Below the pieces are notes generated by a model that worked only from the letters and a program-made list of their open reading frames with translations, did no database searches and was not told where the DNA came from. A stretch of DNA of 64,000 nt, taken from Planctomycetota bacterium (GTDB taxonomy: Bacteria > Planctomycetota > UBA8742 > JACQVU01 > JANLHZ01). Below, piece after piece: positions 33,220 through 44,795 of the stretch. The position numbers were made by a program, and so were the translations under genes. The stretch is taken from the NCBI GenBank assembly GCA_024653775.1, contig JANLHZ010000293.1, positions 400 to 64,399 of the forward strand. The letters are read 5' to 3'. Each line of letters opens with the position of its first letter. Position 1 is the first letter of the stretch.

Positions 33220-34926
33220 TCAGTCCCGCTCGGAATCGAGATCCTTACGCGTGCTCCGCTTGGAAGGAGCTTTCTTCTTTGCCGTGGATTTACGGGCGGA
33301 AGTCTTCTTTGGCGCGGCTTTGCGGCCGGAGCGTTTCGAAGGCGCCGCCTTCTTCCTGCCGGATGGAGTCGTCTCTGCGGCTTCCGGCTCATCCGCCTCT
33401 GTCGGAGGAGCTTCCGAAGGCGCGGCCGCGGCCTTAGAGGGTTCCGCAAGGTCGAAAGTCGTCGCTATTCCGGCTCCGGCTCCCGAGCCGAAAGGCGGAA
33501 CCGTCACCGGCTTCAGCCCAAGCGCCTCGAAGGCGTCGAACTGCTCCTCGTCTTCTTCGAGATATACCTCGCTCATCCTTACGCCGTCGACCTTCCTGCG
33601 CATCAGGAAGTAGATGATCGTTTCGAGAGTGATCAGGAAGTTGATCGGGAAAATCAGCGCCACGCCGAGAGCGAAGACGAGCAGCGTCCCGACGCCGAGC
33701 GTGAAGAGCGACATCCAGAAATCGAGGTCTTTCTCCTCGTCGCCGAAGAGCACGGGTCTTGGGGCGTTTTCGTCGACGCCCGCTTCCTTGAACGGAGCGG
33801 AAACCTCGATGACGTTTTTCAGCTCGAACTTTTCGTCCCCGATCTGCGGAGCGAACGGGTTCACTCCCGCGACAACGCAGTTGTCGAGCGTGCTGTCGAT
33901 GCATCTGTCCGCCTGGACGAGATTTTTATCGATGTTCATGAATCTGTAGAACTTGTAGATCTGCGGATCGTCCGACGCCCAGCTCCACGCCGCGGTGGCG
34001 GGCGCGAACATGCACCAGAGGAAAACCAGCGCGAACACCCACACGAAGATCGTCGTGATCACGCAGTAGAACGCACCGAGAACGTAGCGATAGAAAATGA
34101 GATGCCACGGTTTCGAGTAGACGTAGCTATACGCCTTCGAGACTCCGTCGAAAAGGTCGGTTCCTTCCGCGCAGATCGCCGGTCCCATCAGAGGCCAGCC
34201 TACGATGAATCCGATTATGCCGAACGCCATCAGCACCGCGGTGAATATCGCGAGCGGCGACGTAATGGCGGTGACGAGCGGCCCGATCCACGGAATCGCG
34301 CCGACGAGTCCCCAGAGGAAGATGCACGCCGCGAGAACGCCCACCGCGACTAACGGGAATAGCGGACTCCAGAAAAGGCTCGATAGCTTGTTCCATGAAT
34401 ACTGTAGCGCCTCCTTGATGTCGATTCGTTCGTCCCGCGCGATTTCGATCGCGGTGATCCTGCTTATCGCGCCCGCAAGCAGCGCCCATACGACCCACGC
34501 GACGACCTTGAACACGATCAGCAAAAACGTGTAGAACAGCGTCGGCGGGCTAAAGACGAAATCGTTGAAGAATTGCTTCACAAGCCCGAGCGAAGAACGC
34601 GAGAGACTGAACTGTTTCACCACCGGAGCAGGCTCGCCGCCATCGGGTTCGTAGAACAGTCCTTTTTCGAGAACCCATGAAAGCGGCGACCAGATGTCAT
34701 CGCCGTCCCGCACCACGTTCGCTACGCCTTCCTCGTCCGCCATCGTGCCGTCCGCGTCCTGAAGCACGGACCTGGTCGCTTCGAGGTTCCCCCACACCCA
34801 CCACCAGACTATCAGAACCGTTATGGTGAACGCGACTCCAGCGAATGTAAGGAGAAGTTTTCGAGGGTCGATTGCAATCCGGAAGGTGTGGAAGATGTCT
34901 CTCCAATCCTGACGCCATTCTCTCAT
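33220..34926 (-). CDS. Polytopic membrane protein with KAAP-rich tail, mirror copy.
   Basis: Identical to 28955..30661. Confidence 0.55.
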   Translation of the reverse strand: MREWRQDWRDIFHTFRIAIDPRKLLLTFAGVAFTITVLIVWWWVWGNLEATRSVLQDADGTMADEEGVANVVRDGDDIWSPLSWVLEKGLFYEPDGGEPAPVVKQFSLSRSSLGLVKQFFNDFVFSPPTLFYTFLLIVFKVVAWVVWALLAGAISRITAIEIARDERIDIKEALQYSWNKLSSLFWSPLFPLVAVGVLAACIFLWGLVGAIPWIGPLVTAITSPLAIFTAVLMAFGIIGFIVGWPLMGPAICAEGTDLFDGVSKAYSYVYSKPWHLIFYRYVLGAFYCVITTIFVWVFALVFLWCMFAPATAAWSWASDDPQIYKFYRFMNIDKNLVQADRCIDSTLDNCVVAGVNPFAPQIGDEKFELKNVIEVSAPFKEAGVDENAPRPVLFGDEEKDLDFWMSLFTLGVGTLLVFALGVALIFPINFLITLETIIYFLMRRKVDGVRMSEVYLEEDEEQFDAFEALGLKPVTVPPFGSGAGAGIATTFDLAEPSKAAAAPSEAPPTEADEPEAAETTPSGRKKAAPSKRSGRKAAPKKTSARKSTAKKKAPSKRSTRKDLDSERD

Positions 34927-35049
34927 CTATCGGCCTTTCGAATTTTGGTGGGATTGCGGAAGCAAATCGGGATATACGGAACATTATGATAGTTTCATTG
35001 TTCTCACGCTGGAAAGAACAAAATCGAATATCTTGGAATCCTGGAACCA

Positions 35050-36012
35050 GTGGCCGTTCTCGGACGTCATAATTTCGTCGGGCGAACTTTTTTACTCCGG
35101 GACTCGTTTATAGCTTGGTACGCGCGTTCGCGTTTTCCGGAATCCCTGGGATTGAGACTTCCACCAGTGCATAAGAATCTCGGCAGCAAGAGCCTCGTTT
35201 CGATTGGAGTTCTGCTCGTCCTCATAGGCGTGGCACTGTATTTCTATTCCTCGAAAAGTCAGAAGCTGCCATCACTGACCTTCGACGTCCCCGATGGACT
35301 CGAAATCGAATACCTGATGACGCGGGTCGCCCAGGATATGGGCGGCTTCGGCGCCCTTCGCGGCGAAATGGGCAGCCAGCTCCCATCATCAAAAAAGAAG
35401 GTGTTCCTGAGCCGCGCGGGAAACCTTCACAAACTGCGGTTCTTCGTGGACGCCTCGATGGACGGCATCGAGATCAGTGGCGGTCCGGAACTGAAACTCG
35501 ATTACAGTTACGAATGGACCCCGGAAAACGGACTGATGGTCTCGGACGAGGACTACGATTCCCTGACAAGGAGGTTTGCTTCGGAGCAGTGGTTTCTTGA
35601 AATGTGCACAAGGCTCCCGAAAGAAGACCGGCTGCTGGACAAAATCGGAAAGTCATGGGAACTCATCTGCGATTTTCCTCACGTCGGGAATTCTGATCCC
35701 TGGACGCCGAAGGGGAAGATCGTCTGGACGTACGAGAGCGCGAGCGAGGTCGATGAGCGGAAATTCCATCGTTTTTCGATGGTCGCGCAGCTTTCGGGCG
35801 AGGGTGGAACCATTGGCGAAAGCGATTATTGGCGCCAGATCGTCACCGGAACCGGCGAAGCCGTCTTCGATGACCGCATAGGCGCGTTCGAAAAGGTGAG
35901 CCTGATTTTCGACCATATGAAGGAAAGGTCCACGGGTATGCCCCCTACGATTCACTTCAAAGAGACTTTTGAACTCGTACGGGTAAACAATTATAGTGGA
36001 CGATCGGATTGA
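35050..36012 (+). CDS. Hypothetical membrane-anchored protein, mirror copy.
   Basis: Identical to 27869..28831. Confidence 0.45.
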   Translation: MAVLGRHNFVGRTFLLRDSFIAWYARSRFPESLGLRLPPVHKNLGSKSLVSIGVLLVLIGVALYFYSSKSQKLPSLTFDVPDGLEIEYLMTRVAQDMGGFGALRGEMGSQLPSSKKKVFLSRAGNLHKLRFFVDASMDGIEISGGPELKLDYSYEWTPENGLMVSDEDYDSLTRRFASEQWFLEMCTRLPKEDRLLDKIGKSWELICDFPHVGNSDPWTPKGKIVWTYESASEVDERKFHRFSMVAQLSGEGGTIGESDYWRQIVTGTGEAVFDDRIGAFEKVSLIFDHMKERSTGMPPTIHFKETFELVRVNNYSGRSD

Positions 36013-36122
36013 CGAATCCAGAGCCTTGATGATTCGACTCGAAGAATTGATAAACCGACTCTAACAACTAACAACTAACAACTAACAACCAGCGACCACA
36101 TTTCAAGTTTTCCGGAGCCACC

Positions 36123-38207
36123 ATGAAATTCAGAGCATTTTTAGCCTCGATCGGAATTCTCGGACTTTTCGCCATTTCCGCGATGAGCGAAGAGATGAGC
36201 CTCAGCGACATCAGACGCGCGGTGCGGAGCGATAGTTCGACCGCTCGCGCCGAGGCGTATTCCGCGATCGATAAGCTCAGCGATACGGAAAAACCGCTCG
36301 CGCTCGACACCATTTCGCAGGAGTACCAGCGTCAGGCGGGCGATCTGGAGGACAACATCGAGAAGTTCGAAGCGCTCTTCGGAAACTACAAGGCTAATAT
36401 CGAGGCCACGAAAGCCATTCGCGAAGCCTGGGAAGCGCAGTCGAAGAAAACCCTCGACACGATTTTCGACACCGTCGCGTTCCCGAATCCGAACGGCCCC
36501 GTCAGCGGCCCTTACATCGGCTACGATTTCGTCGCGGAGCAGTTCACAGCCCTCGACAACATCTTCCGGGATTTCAAACGCAGCTTCGAAGGCGATCTTC
36601 GCGCGTACAACCAGACCTCGCGGGAGGCGGTGCAGGAGTTCGCGGACAAGATCATCGCGTCGCGCAAGTTGCTCGCGGAATTCGAAAAAGTGCTGAAGGA
36701 TCATTCCCGCGAAACTCCCCGCGCACAGCCGGAAATGTCGAGATTCCTTCAGGGAATGATGTTCCTGAAGCTGAAAGACTGGCGCAAGGCGCTCCTGATC
36801 TACCACGGCTTCTCCGCGTCAGGATCGTCCGCCGGCTCGAACTCGGGCGCAGGCGTCGGACAAGGCGCACAGAACGGCGGCGCGGGCGGAGGCGGAGTCG
36901 ATCCCATGGGAAACCCGCTCCCCGGAGCCGACCAGAACCTCCCAGGAATGCCCGGAATGGAAGGAGGAAGCTACGGCGCCCGCAACAATCCGTTCTGGCA
37001 GGAAATGGAAGACTACAGCGACTCCGAGGGAACGCGTCCATCCGGAGCAGGAGACTGGGTCGCTGACCGCGGATTCCTCGGCGATCTGCCAGAATCCGAC
37101 GAAGAGCTTCTCGGACCGGGCGGAACCGGCGACGACCTCGGACTCCCCGGAATGCGCGGACTCGGCGGAGATCCTTACGGACTCGGCGGCGGCACCGGCG
37201 GCTCCGACTATCCCGAAAGCAGCGACTATCCGGAGCGCGAGAGCGATTATCCCGAGCGCACCACGCCGCGGGGAAATTCGAACTCGGGCGCGAACTCGCG
37301 CGGAAACGCTTCGAACTCCGGCAGCAATAACGCCGGGCGGAACACGAATAATGATGACGACTGGGGCACGCCAGCGAACAATTCCGGACGTTCGAACTCC
37401 GGAGCCGCGGCTTCGACCTCGACTTCGCGCGGAAACGCCGGAGCGCAGGCCGGAACCGCGGGATCGAATTCCGCGTCGGGCGCCGGTGCCGAGTCGCCTG
37501 CGCCGAGAAGGGCGAGCGCGTCGTCAAGCCCACGCAGACAACTTCCAAATGAGCGCGGCGGGAACATGATCGGACTCCCGACGGGCCTCGGTTTCCCGCT
37601 CGGCGCGAGTTCGCTCGGGTACGCGGGAACGTACAGAACGGGCGCGCAGGTTAGCACCACGGAGACGAGCCAAAACGCGGCTGCGGAGGTCGATTGGACC
37701 GTCGAGCCAGGCCCCGCACTCGAAGGATACGAGCGCGTCATGTTCTTCATGGCCGTGCATTACATGGTTAACGATCTGAACAAGAATATGCAGGTCGAGG
37801 CGTCCCGCGCCGTGCGCGACGCGACCGAATACAACAACTGGTATCGCGCGCAGCTTATGATGTCGCCGCTGCAGATTCAGTCCCAGGTCACGCAGGCGAT
37901 GATCGGCCACCTCGAACAGATGGCGGCGTACGACTTCTTCGGCCACGACGGAAAGACTCCCGAGACCCGCGACCTCAGCAGCAGGATTCGCAGACAGGGC
38001 TATCCGTTCAACACCGTGGGCGAGAATATTGCTCAGGGCGGAATCCGCACCGCGATGGATAACTGGCGCTGGGACGGCGGCCATCACCGAAACCTCGTCA
38101 ACCCGCGGCACAGCCACATCGGGCCGGCCGAATCCGCGGACGCCAGCGGAATGGACCTCGCTTCCGGCGGCGGGATAGAACTCCCGATCGTTCACTACAA
38201 ACAGTAG
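36123..38207 (+). CDS. Secreted CAP/SCP domain protein, mirror copy (preceded by (CTAACAA)4 at 36061..36088).
   Basis: Identical to 25674..27758. Confidence 0.6.
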   Translation: MKFRAFLASIGILGLFAISAMSEEMSLSDIRRAVRSDSSTARAEAYSAIDKLSDTEKPLALDTISQEYQRQAGDLEDNIEKFEALFGNYKANIEATKAIREAWEAQSKKTLDTIFDTVAFPNPNGPVSGPYIGYDFVAEQFTALDNIFRDFKRSFEGDLRAYNQTSREAVQEFADKIIASRKLLAEFEKVLKDHSRETPRAQPEMSRFLQGMMFLKLKDWRKALLIYHGFSASGSSAGSNSGAGVGQGAQNGGAGGGGVDPMGNPLPGADQNLPGMPGMEGGSYGARNNPFWQEMEDYSDSEGTRPSGAGDWVADRGFLGDLPESDEELLGPGGTGDDLGLPGMRGLGGDPYGLGGGTGGSDYPESSDYPERESDYPERTTPRGNSNSGANSRGNASNSGSNNAGRNTNNDDDWGTPANNSGRSNSGAAASTSTSRGNAGAQAGTAGSNSASGAGAESPAPRRASASSSPRRQLPNERGGNMIGLPTGLGFPLGASSLGYAGTYRTGAQVSTTETSQNAAAEVDWTVEPGPALEGYERVMFFMAVHYMVNDLNKNMQVEASRAVRDATEYNNWYRAQLMMSPLQIQSQVTQAMIGHLEQMAAYDFFGHDGKTPETRDLSSRIRRQGYPFNTVGENIAQGGIRTAMDNWRWDGGHHRNLVNPRHSHIGPAESADASGMDLASGGGIELPIVHYKQ

Positions 38208-38296
38208 GTCTGGAGTGCGACCGCAAACGACGCGATCTGTCGCGTAACTGAAAACTCGCAGAAAATTAAAAGATTTCGTTCCCTTCGCGAAATTGG

Positions 38297-38884
38297 TTGT
38301 TTCATAACTTTGAAACCAATTTATTGATGGGGCTGCCCGTGGCGATTCCGAATCTTGAAACTTCGCGACTAATCCTCCGCCCGTTCGAACTTTCCGACGC
38401 GGCGGACGTGCAGCGTCTGGCTGGGGATTATGCCATCGCGGAGATGACCGCACACATCCCCCACCCCTATCCTGAAGGCGCCGCGGCGGAATGGATTTCG
38501 ACTCATCGGAAGGATTTCGATACCTGTAGCGGAGTCGCGCTCGCGATCACCCTCAAAGAAACGGGCGAGCTTCTTGGAGCGATAGGACTGATGGACATCC
38601 AGAAGGAGCATCAGGCGGAGGTCGGCTACTGGATCGGAAAACCGTTCTGTGGTAACGGCTACTGCACCGAAGCGGCGCGCGCGGTGATCGACTTCGCCTT
38701 CACGACGCTAGGGCTGATCCGCGTACACGCGCACCACATGTCGAAAAACCCAGCGTCCGGACGCGTTCTTCTGAAAGCCGGAATGATGCACGAAGGCTCG
38801 CGCAGGAAACATATGTTCCGCTGGGGAAAACTCGAAGACATCGAGATGTACGGCATTTTGAAAACAGAATTTTTATCGGTATAA
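38297..38884 (+). CDS. GNAT N-acetyltransferase, mirror copy.
   Basis: Identical to 24997..25584. Confidence 0.75.
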   Translation: MFHNFETNLLMGLPVAIPNLETSRLILRPFELSDAADVQRLAGDYAIAEMTAHIPHPYPEGAAAEWISTHRKDFDTCSGVALAITLKETGELLGAIGLMDIQKEHQAEVGYWIGKPFCGNGYCTEAARAVIDFAFTTLGLIRVHAHHMSKNPASGRVLLKAGMMHEGSRRKHMFRWGKLEDIEMYGILKTEFLSV

Positions 38885-38960
38885 ATCCTTGCCGATCTGT
38901 GGTTCGATATTTTATTGAACCGTCAGGGCAGATTGCGATATACGAATTAAGGAGACAGCG

Positions 38961-40065
38961 ATGGACTACGAACTCGGACAACTATACGAAGACGTGGCGC
39001 GGAGAGTTGACGCGCTAAGGGGGTCCCTTTGACCTGGGCTCTCGCAAAGACGAGATTTCCCGCCTTGAAAACGTGATGGGCGAACCCGGGTTCTGGGACG
39101 ACAAGGAACGCCAGAAAAAGGTAATCTCCGCGCTGAAGTTCGAGAAGTCTATTGTCGAACCGTTCGAGAGGATTCTGCGCGACGCGGAAGATCTCGAGGT
39201 TCTGCGCGAATTCGCGGAAGAAGAAGACAACGAAGATCAGACGAATGAGTTCGCGGATGCCGTTCAAAAACTAGCGACCAGGGTGAAAAGTTTCGAGCTG
39301 TTGACGCTGCTCTCAGGCGAACACGATCGCGGCGACTGCTTCGTCATCATCAGCGCGGGGGAAGGCGGGACCGACGCGTGCGATTTTGTCGCAATCCTCC
39401 TTCGAATGTACAGCGCGTGGGCGAAGAACAAGGGTTACGAGGTCGAACTCATCGACGAAGCGCCGGGCGAGGAAGCCGGGTATCGAAGCGTTACCTTCGC
39501 GGTGAAGGGTCCATTCGCCTACGGCAACCTGCAGGGCGAGATTGGAGTGCAGAGGCTTGTCAGGTTTTCGCCGTTCAATGCGGACGCGAAGAGACAGACA
39601 AGTTTTGCAGGCGTCGACGTGATTCCGATGGTCGAGGACGAATCGAAAATCGAAATCGATATGAACGACGTCCGCATCGATATTTTCTGCGCGTCCGGCG
39701 CCGGTGGCCAGCACGTCAACAAAACCGCGAGCGCGGTGCGGATGACTCACAATCCAACCGGGATCGTCGTCTCGTGCCAGAACGAACGCAGCCAGCACCA
39801 GAACCGCGCACAGGCGATCAAGCTCCTCGCCGCGAAGCTTGGCCGGCGTGAGGAGGAGGAGCGCGCCGCGAAACAGAAGGAGAATCGCGCATCGAAAGGC
39901 AAAGCCGGGTTCGGACAGAGAATCCGCAGCTATTTCATTCACCCGGAAACCCGCGTGAAGGACGAACGCACGGAATATTCGACTTCCGCGGTGCACAAAG
40001 TTCTGGGCGGAGACATCGACGAACTGATCGAAACATACCTGCGCTGGAAGTTCGAAGAAAATTAA
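38961..40065 (+). CDS. prfB: Release factor 2 with +1 programmed frameshift at CTT TGA C (39027..39033), mirror copy.
   Basis: aaggag RBS, ATG at 38961, short frame to the TGA at 39030..39032, then the 330-aa frame starting at 39073. Identical to the left copy. Confidence 0.9.
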
Positions 40066-40088
40066 GGCCGCGGATCGATCCCGGTGAA

Positions 40089-40436
40089 CGTTCGGTGATC
40101 CACGTGGCACGGACGTCCCATTCGCGATTTCACGGTCAAGATGACCATGCCACGCGCAAAAACCTTCGTATGCGCTTCTATCAACGTGGTTTATCGAACG
40201 AATACATTTTATTGGCTTTAAAATGATGGCTATAAGCGTATAATAAAACTTAGTATAATAATAAAGCGGCTTAAAAGATTATGACTAAGTCTTAGTTGAA
40301 ATCAAAACTTAAATCAGACATCAAAAGCACTTCTACTCAGAAAGTTTTTTAACTGATCACGACGGTGTCCGCGTCACTAATGTAGATCACGGACAAGGTG
40401 GGTACTCAATCCGCAAGAAACGTGGCTCACCGAACG
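40089..40436. mobile_element. MITE-like AT-rich element with 17-bp inverted repeats, mirror copy.
   Basis: Mirror of 23445..23792. Confidence 0.4.
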
Positions 40437-40456
40437 AATACCAATCCCTGCGTGTC

Positions 40457-41383
40457 CTAGTTTTTATTCGACTGCCCGCTGAGCGTGGAAAGAAACGCCT
40501 GCGCGCGCTCGAATTCGACTTGAAGCTCGCCGCCGAGGACTTCCTCGACCTTCTCCCGATTCGCTTTGATGCTACCGAACACGCTGTCCGGCAGCGGATC
40601 GCGGGCGTGTTTTTCGACTTCGTCGTTAGAATTCTCGCTTTCCCGAAGATCGTCGTAAACATGGACGTAGTGATTCGCGACCTTGACGCAGTTCGCAATC
40701 TGCGCGAAATGCTCGTCTGAGAATTCGTCCTTGTGGTGGCCGAGAACCGCCTCGATGAACCCGTCGCTGAAATCCCAGCGCTTGCCGATCTGAGCACCGA
40801 CTTCCGCGTGGGTAATCCCGAACTCCTCGCCCTCCCTGTGATGAACCGAACTCCGGGTCTCCTTCGACTCGTGAAGCATATTGAGGTACGCGTCCGGAAC
40901 CACGGAGTAGATCACTAGCTTCCCCATATCGTGAAGCAGCCCCGCGAGAAAAAACTCCTCCTTCGTCGAAGGCGGATTCATAGCCTTCGCCGCGATGAGG
41001 CGGGACGCGATCGCAACCTTGAGGCTGTGCTCCCAGAAATACGAAATCGAGAACGATTTGCCGTTCGTTTTCGCAGGCATCTCCGCGCTGAGCTTCTGCG
41101 CAAGAGCGATCGAAAGGCAAAGATTCTTCACGGTGTTCATACCGAGAAGAACAATCGCCTGTGAAAGCGTTTTGATTTCGTTTCTTATGGAAAAATACGC
41201 GCTGTTTATGAGCTTCAGAATCTCGAAGGTCAACACGGGATCGTATTTTATGACCTGCGCGAGATCCTTGGGACTCGCCTTCGCGTTGTTTACAACTTCA
41301 ATAACTTTGTTGAGCGTCGGGGGAAGTCTGCCGAGCTTATCGACCGACTTCATAATCATTTCAGTCACGCCGGATTTGGACAT
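40457..41383 (-). CDS. HDOD domain protein, mirror copy.
   Basis: Identical to 22498..23424. Confidence 0.75.
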   Translation of the reverse strand: MSKSGVTEMIMKSVDKLGRLPPTLNKVIEVVNNAKASPKDLAQVIKYDPVLTFEILKLINSAYFSIRNEIKTLSQAIVLLGMNTVKNLCLSIALAQKLSAEMPAKTNGKSFSISYFWEHSLKVAIASRLIAAKAMNPPSTKEEFFLAGLLHDMGKLVIYSVVPDAYLNMLHESKETRSSVHHREGEEFGITHAEVGAQIGKRWDFSDGFIEAVLGHHKDEFSDEHFAQIANCVKVANHYVHVYDDLRESENSNDEVEKHARDPLPDSVFGSIKANREKVEEVLGGELQVEFERAQAFLSTLSGQSNKN

Positions 41384-41401
41384 AGATAATTCCCGTAAAT
41401 G

Positions 41402-43546
41402 TCAGTTACCCCAACCGCCGCCTCCACTATTACCGTTATTCGGAGTATTCCAGCCGCCTCCGGAGGAAGTTCCTCCGCTCGCTGGAGCACCCCACCCGCC
41501 GGAATTACCGCCGGGCTGACCAGCGCCGCTCGGCTGAGCGCCGCCGGCAGGAGTTCCCCACCCACCGGAGTTGCCGCCGCCCGGCTGTCCCTGGCCTCCG
41601 CTCGAAGGTGTCGAGCTGGCGCTGCCAGACGTCGAACCGCCGTAACTCGTCCAGCCGCCGCCACCGCCGGTATCCGCGCCGGCGTCCTGCGCGCCTTCGC
41701 CCAGCGCGACGATGTTAGGCATACTTCCTCGAACGTTCGCCGATCGTCCCCAGTTGAAATGATCGGTGCGCCTTCTGCGCGAACGGACCGAACTCTGATC
41801 CTCCGTGAAATCGAGACCTTCCTCATTGTTATACGTCGTGCCGGCCTCGTCCTCCGCGACAAGAGCCGCAATAATCGGAGAGTCTTCCCCCTTGCCAGCC
41901 GCGACCGCGGTGAAATCCCAGGTGCGCGTCGGAAGTTGCAGCGAGTTCGCAATGATCTCCTGCGCTTCGAACACTGTCTTGTTTCGGAACTCCGCGTCCA
42001 TCGAAGTGCGGCCAAACGTCGCTGAATACGCAAACGTAACCACCCAGCGGTTCTGATTCTCGAGCGGCGCCATCAATCCGATAAGATTCGCGAGCATGGA
42101 TTCGAGTTCGAAGAAATGGTTTCTGATCTGTTCGCCGGTCCAGTATCGATACTTTCTCATCTCCCTCTGAACGTACGCGAGGCGTTCGTCGTGCTTCACC
42201 GAAGGCGGTACCCACGCCTCGGTCATCGAGAATCCCGCCGCCTCTCTCGTGGCAAGGACGGTGATCAGAACTTTCTGAATGTCGTGGATTTCGATTTGAA
42301 CGAGGCGAACTCGCTGCCATCTCGTCCGAGCTATCGGATCGTAATCGCGATACTTTTGCTCGTTACCCACCGCGTAGCGGGAATTGAACGCCATGCGCGC
42401 CATCGCGCGGGTGTCGTCGTCCGCCTCCGGCTCGCTGAGATCGCTTATCATCTGCTCATAAATCTCCGGATGCATTTCCTCTATCTCCGAAGCCGCGAGC
42501 AGAGCGTTCATCCGAACGAAAGGACTGTTCCGAGCGTAGTCTCCCATCGACTCGTAAAGCGCCTGCCAGAACGGTATCTGATCCTGGAACGGAATCGAAG
42601 TGATGTTCATCCGCGCAACTGCGACGAGCGCCTGTCCGCGAACGTGATCGTTCTCGTCGTCAAGAACTTCTATGACGTTCACGATTGCGCTCGGGTCGCC
42701 GATTTCTCCGAGCGCAAGCGCTGAATTCGCGCGCACGATCGGATCGGTATGCTTCAGTCCTCCAGCGAGATAGCGAACGCTTTCGCTCCCCATGTCGACG
42801 AGGATCTGTCTAGCGTATTGGCGCTCGATCGGAGTGACCTCCGCACCAAGATTTGAAATGAGCGTGAAATAGTTCGCGCTCGTCGTCGGAAGGAAGGTGG
42901 TCTGGTTGGCATAAGGAACGTCAAGCTCGAACTCGACGCCGGGCTGGTCCAGCAGCGAATCCGCCCCGAGCATTCCCGCTTCCGCGCCCGCGAGGCCGAC
43001 GCTTTCGCCGGCATTTTCCGGCGCACGATTGACGCGAGTCCTCGCGTTGATCACCAGCCTCGGCGGCTCCTGCGGCTGTGACGAAGTGAAACTCGTCTGC
43101 GAATTCCACTCGTCCTGCCCGGCGCCCCAATCGATTTCGTTCGTACCAGCGCCGCTGTTATCCCAGCCGCCGCCGTTATTGACTACGTTATTCGCCGGAG
43201 CCGGCGCAGGAGCGGTATCCCAACCACCAGGCTGCTGCTGAGGCGCGGGCGCGGCGGTATTCGCAGTCGAAGCTCCCCAGGGATCCGCTGCGCCATTATT
43301 CGCCGGAGCCGGCGCGGGTTGCTGCGGGGTCTGCGCAGGAGCCTGCCAGCCGCTATTGTCCTGCGCGCCGAAACCGTTCTGAGCAGGCTGCGGCGCGGGC
43401 TGAGCGCCAAAACCGCCGGAATTATCCGCCGGCTGATTCCAGCCCTCATTCGGTCCCGGCTGGGGAGCCGGTTCCTCGGAACCGCAAGCGAGAAAGCTCG
43501 AAGCGAAAAGACTCACGTAAAGAAGAGACAAGCGCATACTATTCAC
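41402..43546 (-). CDS. HEAT-repeat lipoprotein, mirror copy.
   Basis: Identical to 20335..22479. Confidence 0.55.
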   Translation of the reverse strand: MNSMRLSLLYVSLFASSFLACGSEEPAPQPGPNEGWNQPADNSGGFGAQPAPQPAQNGFGAQDNSGWQAPAQTPQQPAPAPANNGAADPWGASTANTAAPAPQQQPGGWDTAPAPAPANNVVNNGGGWDNSGAGTNEIDWGAGQDEWNSQTSFTSSQPQEPPRLVINARTRVNRAPENAGESVGLAGAEAGMLGADSLLDQPGVEFELDVPYANQTTFLPTTSANYFTLISNLGAEVTPIERQYARQILVDMGSESVRYLAGGLKHTDPIVRANSALALGEIGDPSAIVNVIEVLDDENDHVRGQALVAVARMNITSIPFQDQIPFWQALYESMGDYARNSPFVRMNALLAASEIEEMHPEIYEQMISDLSEPEADDDTRAMARMAFNSRYAVGNEQKYRDYDPIARTRWQRVRLVQIEIHDIQKVLITVLATREAAGFSMTEAWVPPSVKHDERLAYVQREMRKYRYWTGEQIRNHFFELESMLANLIGLMAPLENQNRWVVTFAYSATFGRTSMDAEFRNKTVFEAQEIIANSLQLPTRTWDFTAVAAGKGEDSPIIAALVAEDEAGTTYNNEEGLDFTEDQSSVRSRRRRTDHFNWGRSANVRGSMPNIVALGEGAQDAGADTGGGGGWTSYGGSTSGSASSTPSSGGQGQPGGGNSGGWGTPAGGAQPSGAGQPGGNSGGWGAPASGGTSSGGGWNTPNNGNSGGGGWGN

Positions 43547-43727
43547 CAGGTCCTAAGAAACGCGGGGGCGTCTGTCAGGGCAAATTTTCCCTAATATCTG
43601 TGAAGTACGATTCTAAAACAAAATCACAATAATACAAGCAAAATCGCCCATGGAGAAATTTTGTTCCCTATCGCCAGAATGTCGGCAACCTGCTAAATTG
43701 CGCTGGACACCTCGATCCGGATCGTTC

Positions 43728-44468
43728 ATGAAAATTCGCGTTTTTGAAAATCAACTGGAGGCAAAAACCGCCGCGGCGGAACAGATCGCGGATTCGCTCG
43801 ACGGAAACAGCGCAAAACTCGTGTGCGCGACTGGAGGCACGATGGTTGAATTCTATCGGGAATTCTGCCGGACAAATCAGGATCGCGCGATCGACCTTCG
43901 CGGCGTGCGGTTCTTCAATCTTGACGAATACTATGGTATAGAAATGGACCCAGCCCTTCCGGAAGGAAAGGACCAGAGTTTCGCGAGGTATCTCAGCGAC
44001 AACCTGTTTAGGCCACTTGGGATCGACGTCGATAGCCAGGTCCGCCTCGTCCCACATCGCGAGGACGGCCTGGAACAATATCGGACCGAGCTGGCATGCT
44101 CCGGCGGCGAGCTTATAACAATTCTAGGCATAGGTAAAAACGGCCATATAGCATTCAATGAACCGGGAACAATGATCGAGGATAGTATAAGGGTCGTGAA
44201 TCTATCCGAAGGAACGATAATCGACAATTATAAAGCCAACTTCGAAGCGTTCGGATATTCTTTCGATGAAATGCCGCGAAAGGCCTGTACTATAGGTCCG
44301 AGGGAAATACTTTCTTCAAATAGGATTATAGTTCTATGCTTCGGCAAAACAAAAAAACATGCTTTCGAGCAAGCAGTATTCGGAACTATAGACGCGTCCT
44401 GTCCCGCATCATACCTTCAAACTCACGAAAACGTCGAATGGTACGTCGATTCCGCATTGCTCCGATAG
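43728..44468 (+). CDS. nagB: Glucosamine-6-phosphate deaminase, mirror copy.
   Basis: Identical to 19413..20153. Confidence 0.7.
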   Translation: MKIRVFENQLEAKTAAAEQIADSLDGNSAKLVCATGGTMVEFYREFCRTNQDRAIDLRGVRFFNLDEYYGIEMDPALPEGKDQSFARYLSDNLFRPLGIDVDSQVRLVPHREDGLEQYRTELACSGGELITILGIGKNGHIAFNEPGTMIEDSIRVVNLSEGTIIDNYKANFEAFGYSFDEMPRKACTIGPREILSSNRIIVLCFGKTKKHAFEQAVFGTIDASCPASYLQTHENVEWYVDSALLR

Positions 44469-44474
44469 TATATA

Positions 44475-44795
44475 CTATTGATCCGGCTTAACCGTCAGTT
44501 CGCATACCAGTCGCGAAACACCCGGAATCTGAACGGTTTTCCGTGAAATAATATTATAGTCGTCCTGATTATCGACTTCGCCTTTCAGGGTTACGACGCC
44601 GGATCTACATATAATATCGATTCTAAGCGCATACTCGTCGGACAACGTCGTCAATAGCTTCCGAACTTCGATATCAATGTCGATATCGCTGCTTTGATGT
44701 CTCTCGAAATACGATCCACGATTTTGAAACTGCCCCTCCGCGCAGGAATTCGCGAAGATCGAAAAGACGAATGCAAACAACAGATTACGCGTCAC
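44475..44795 (-). CDS. BON-domain lipoprotein, mirror copy.
   Basis: Identical to 19086..19406. Confidence 0.5.
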   Translation of the reverse strand: MTRNLLFAFVFSIFANSCAEGQFQNRGSYFERHQSSDIDIDIEVRKLLTTLSDEYALRIDIICRSGVVTLKGEVDNQDDYNIISRKTVQIPGVSRLVCELTVKPDQ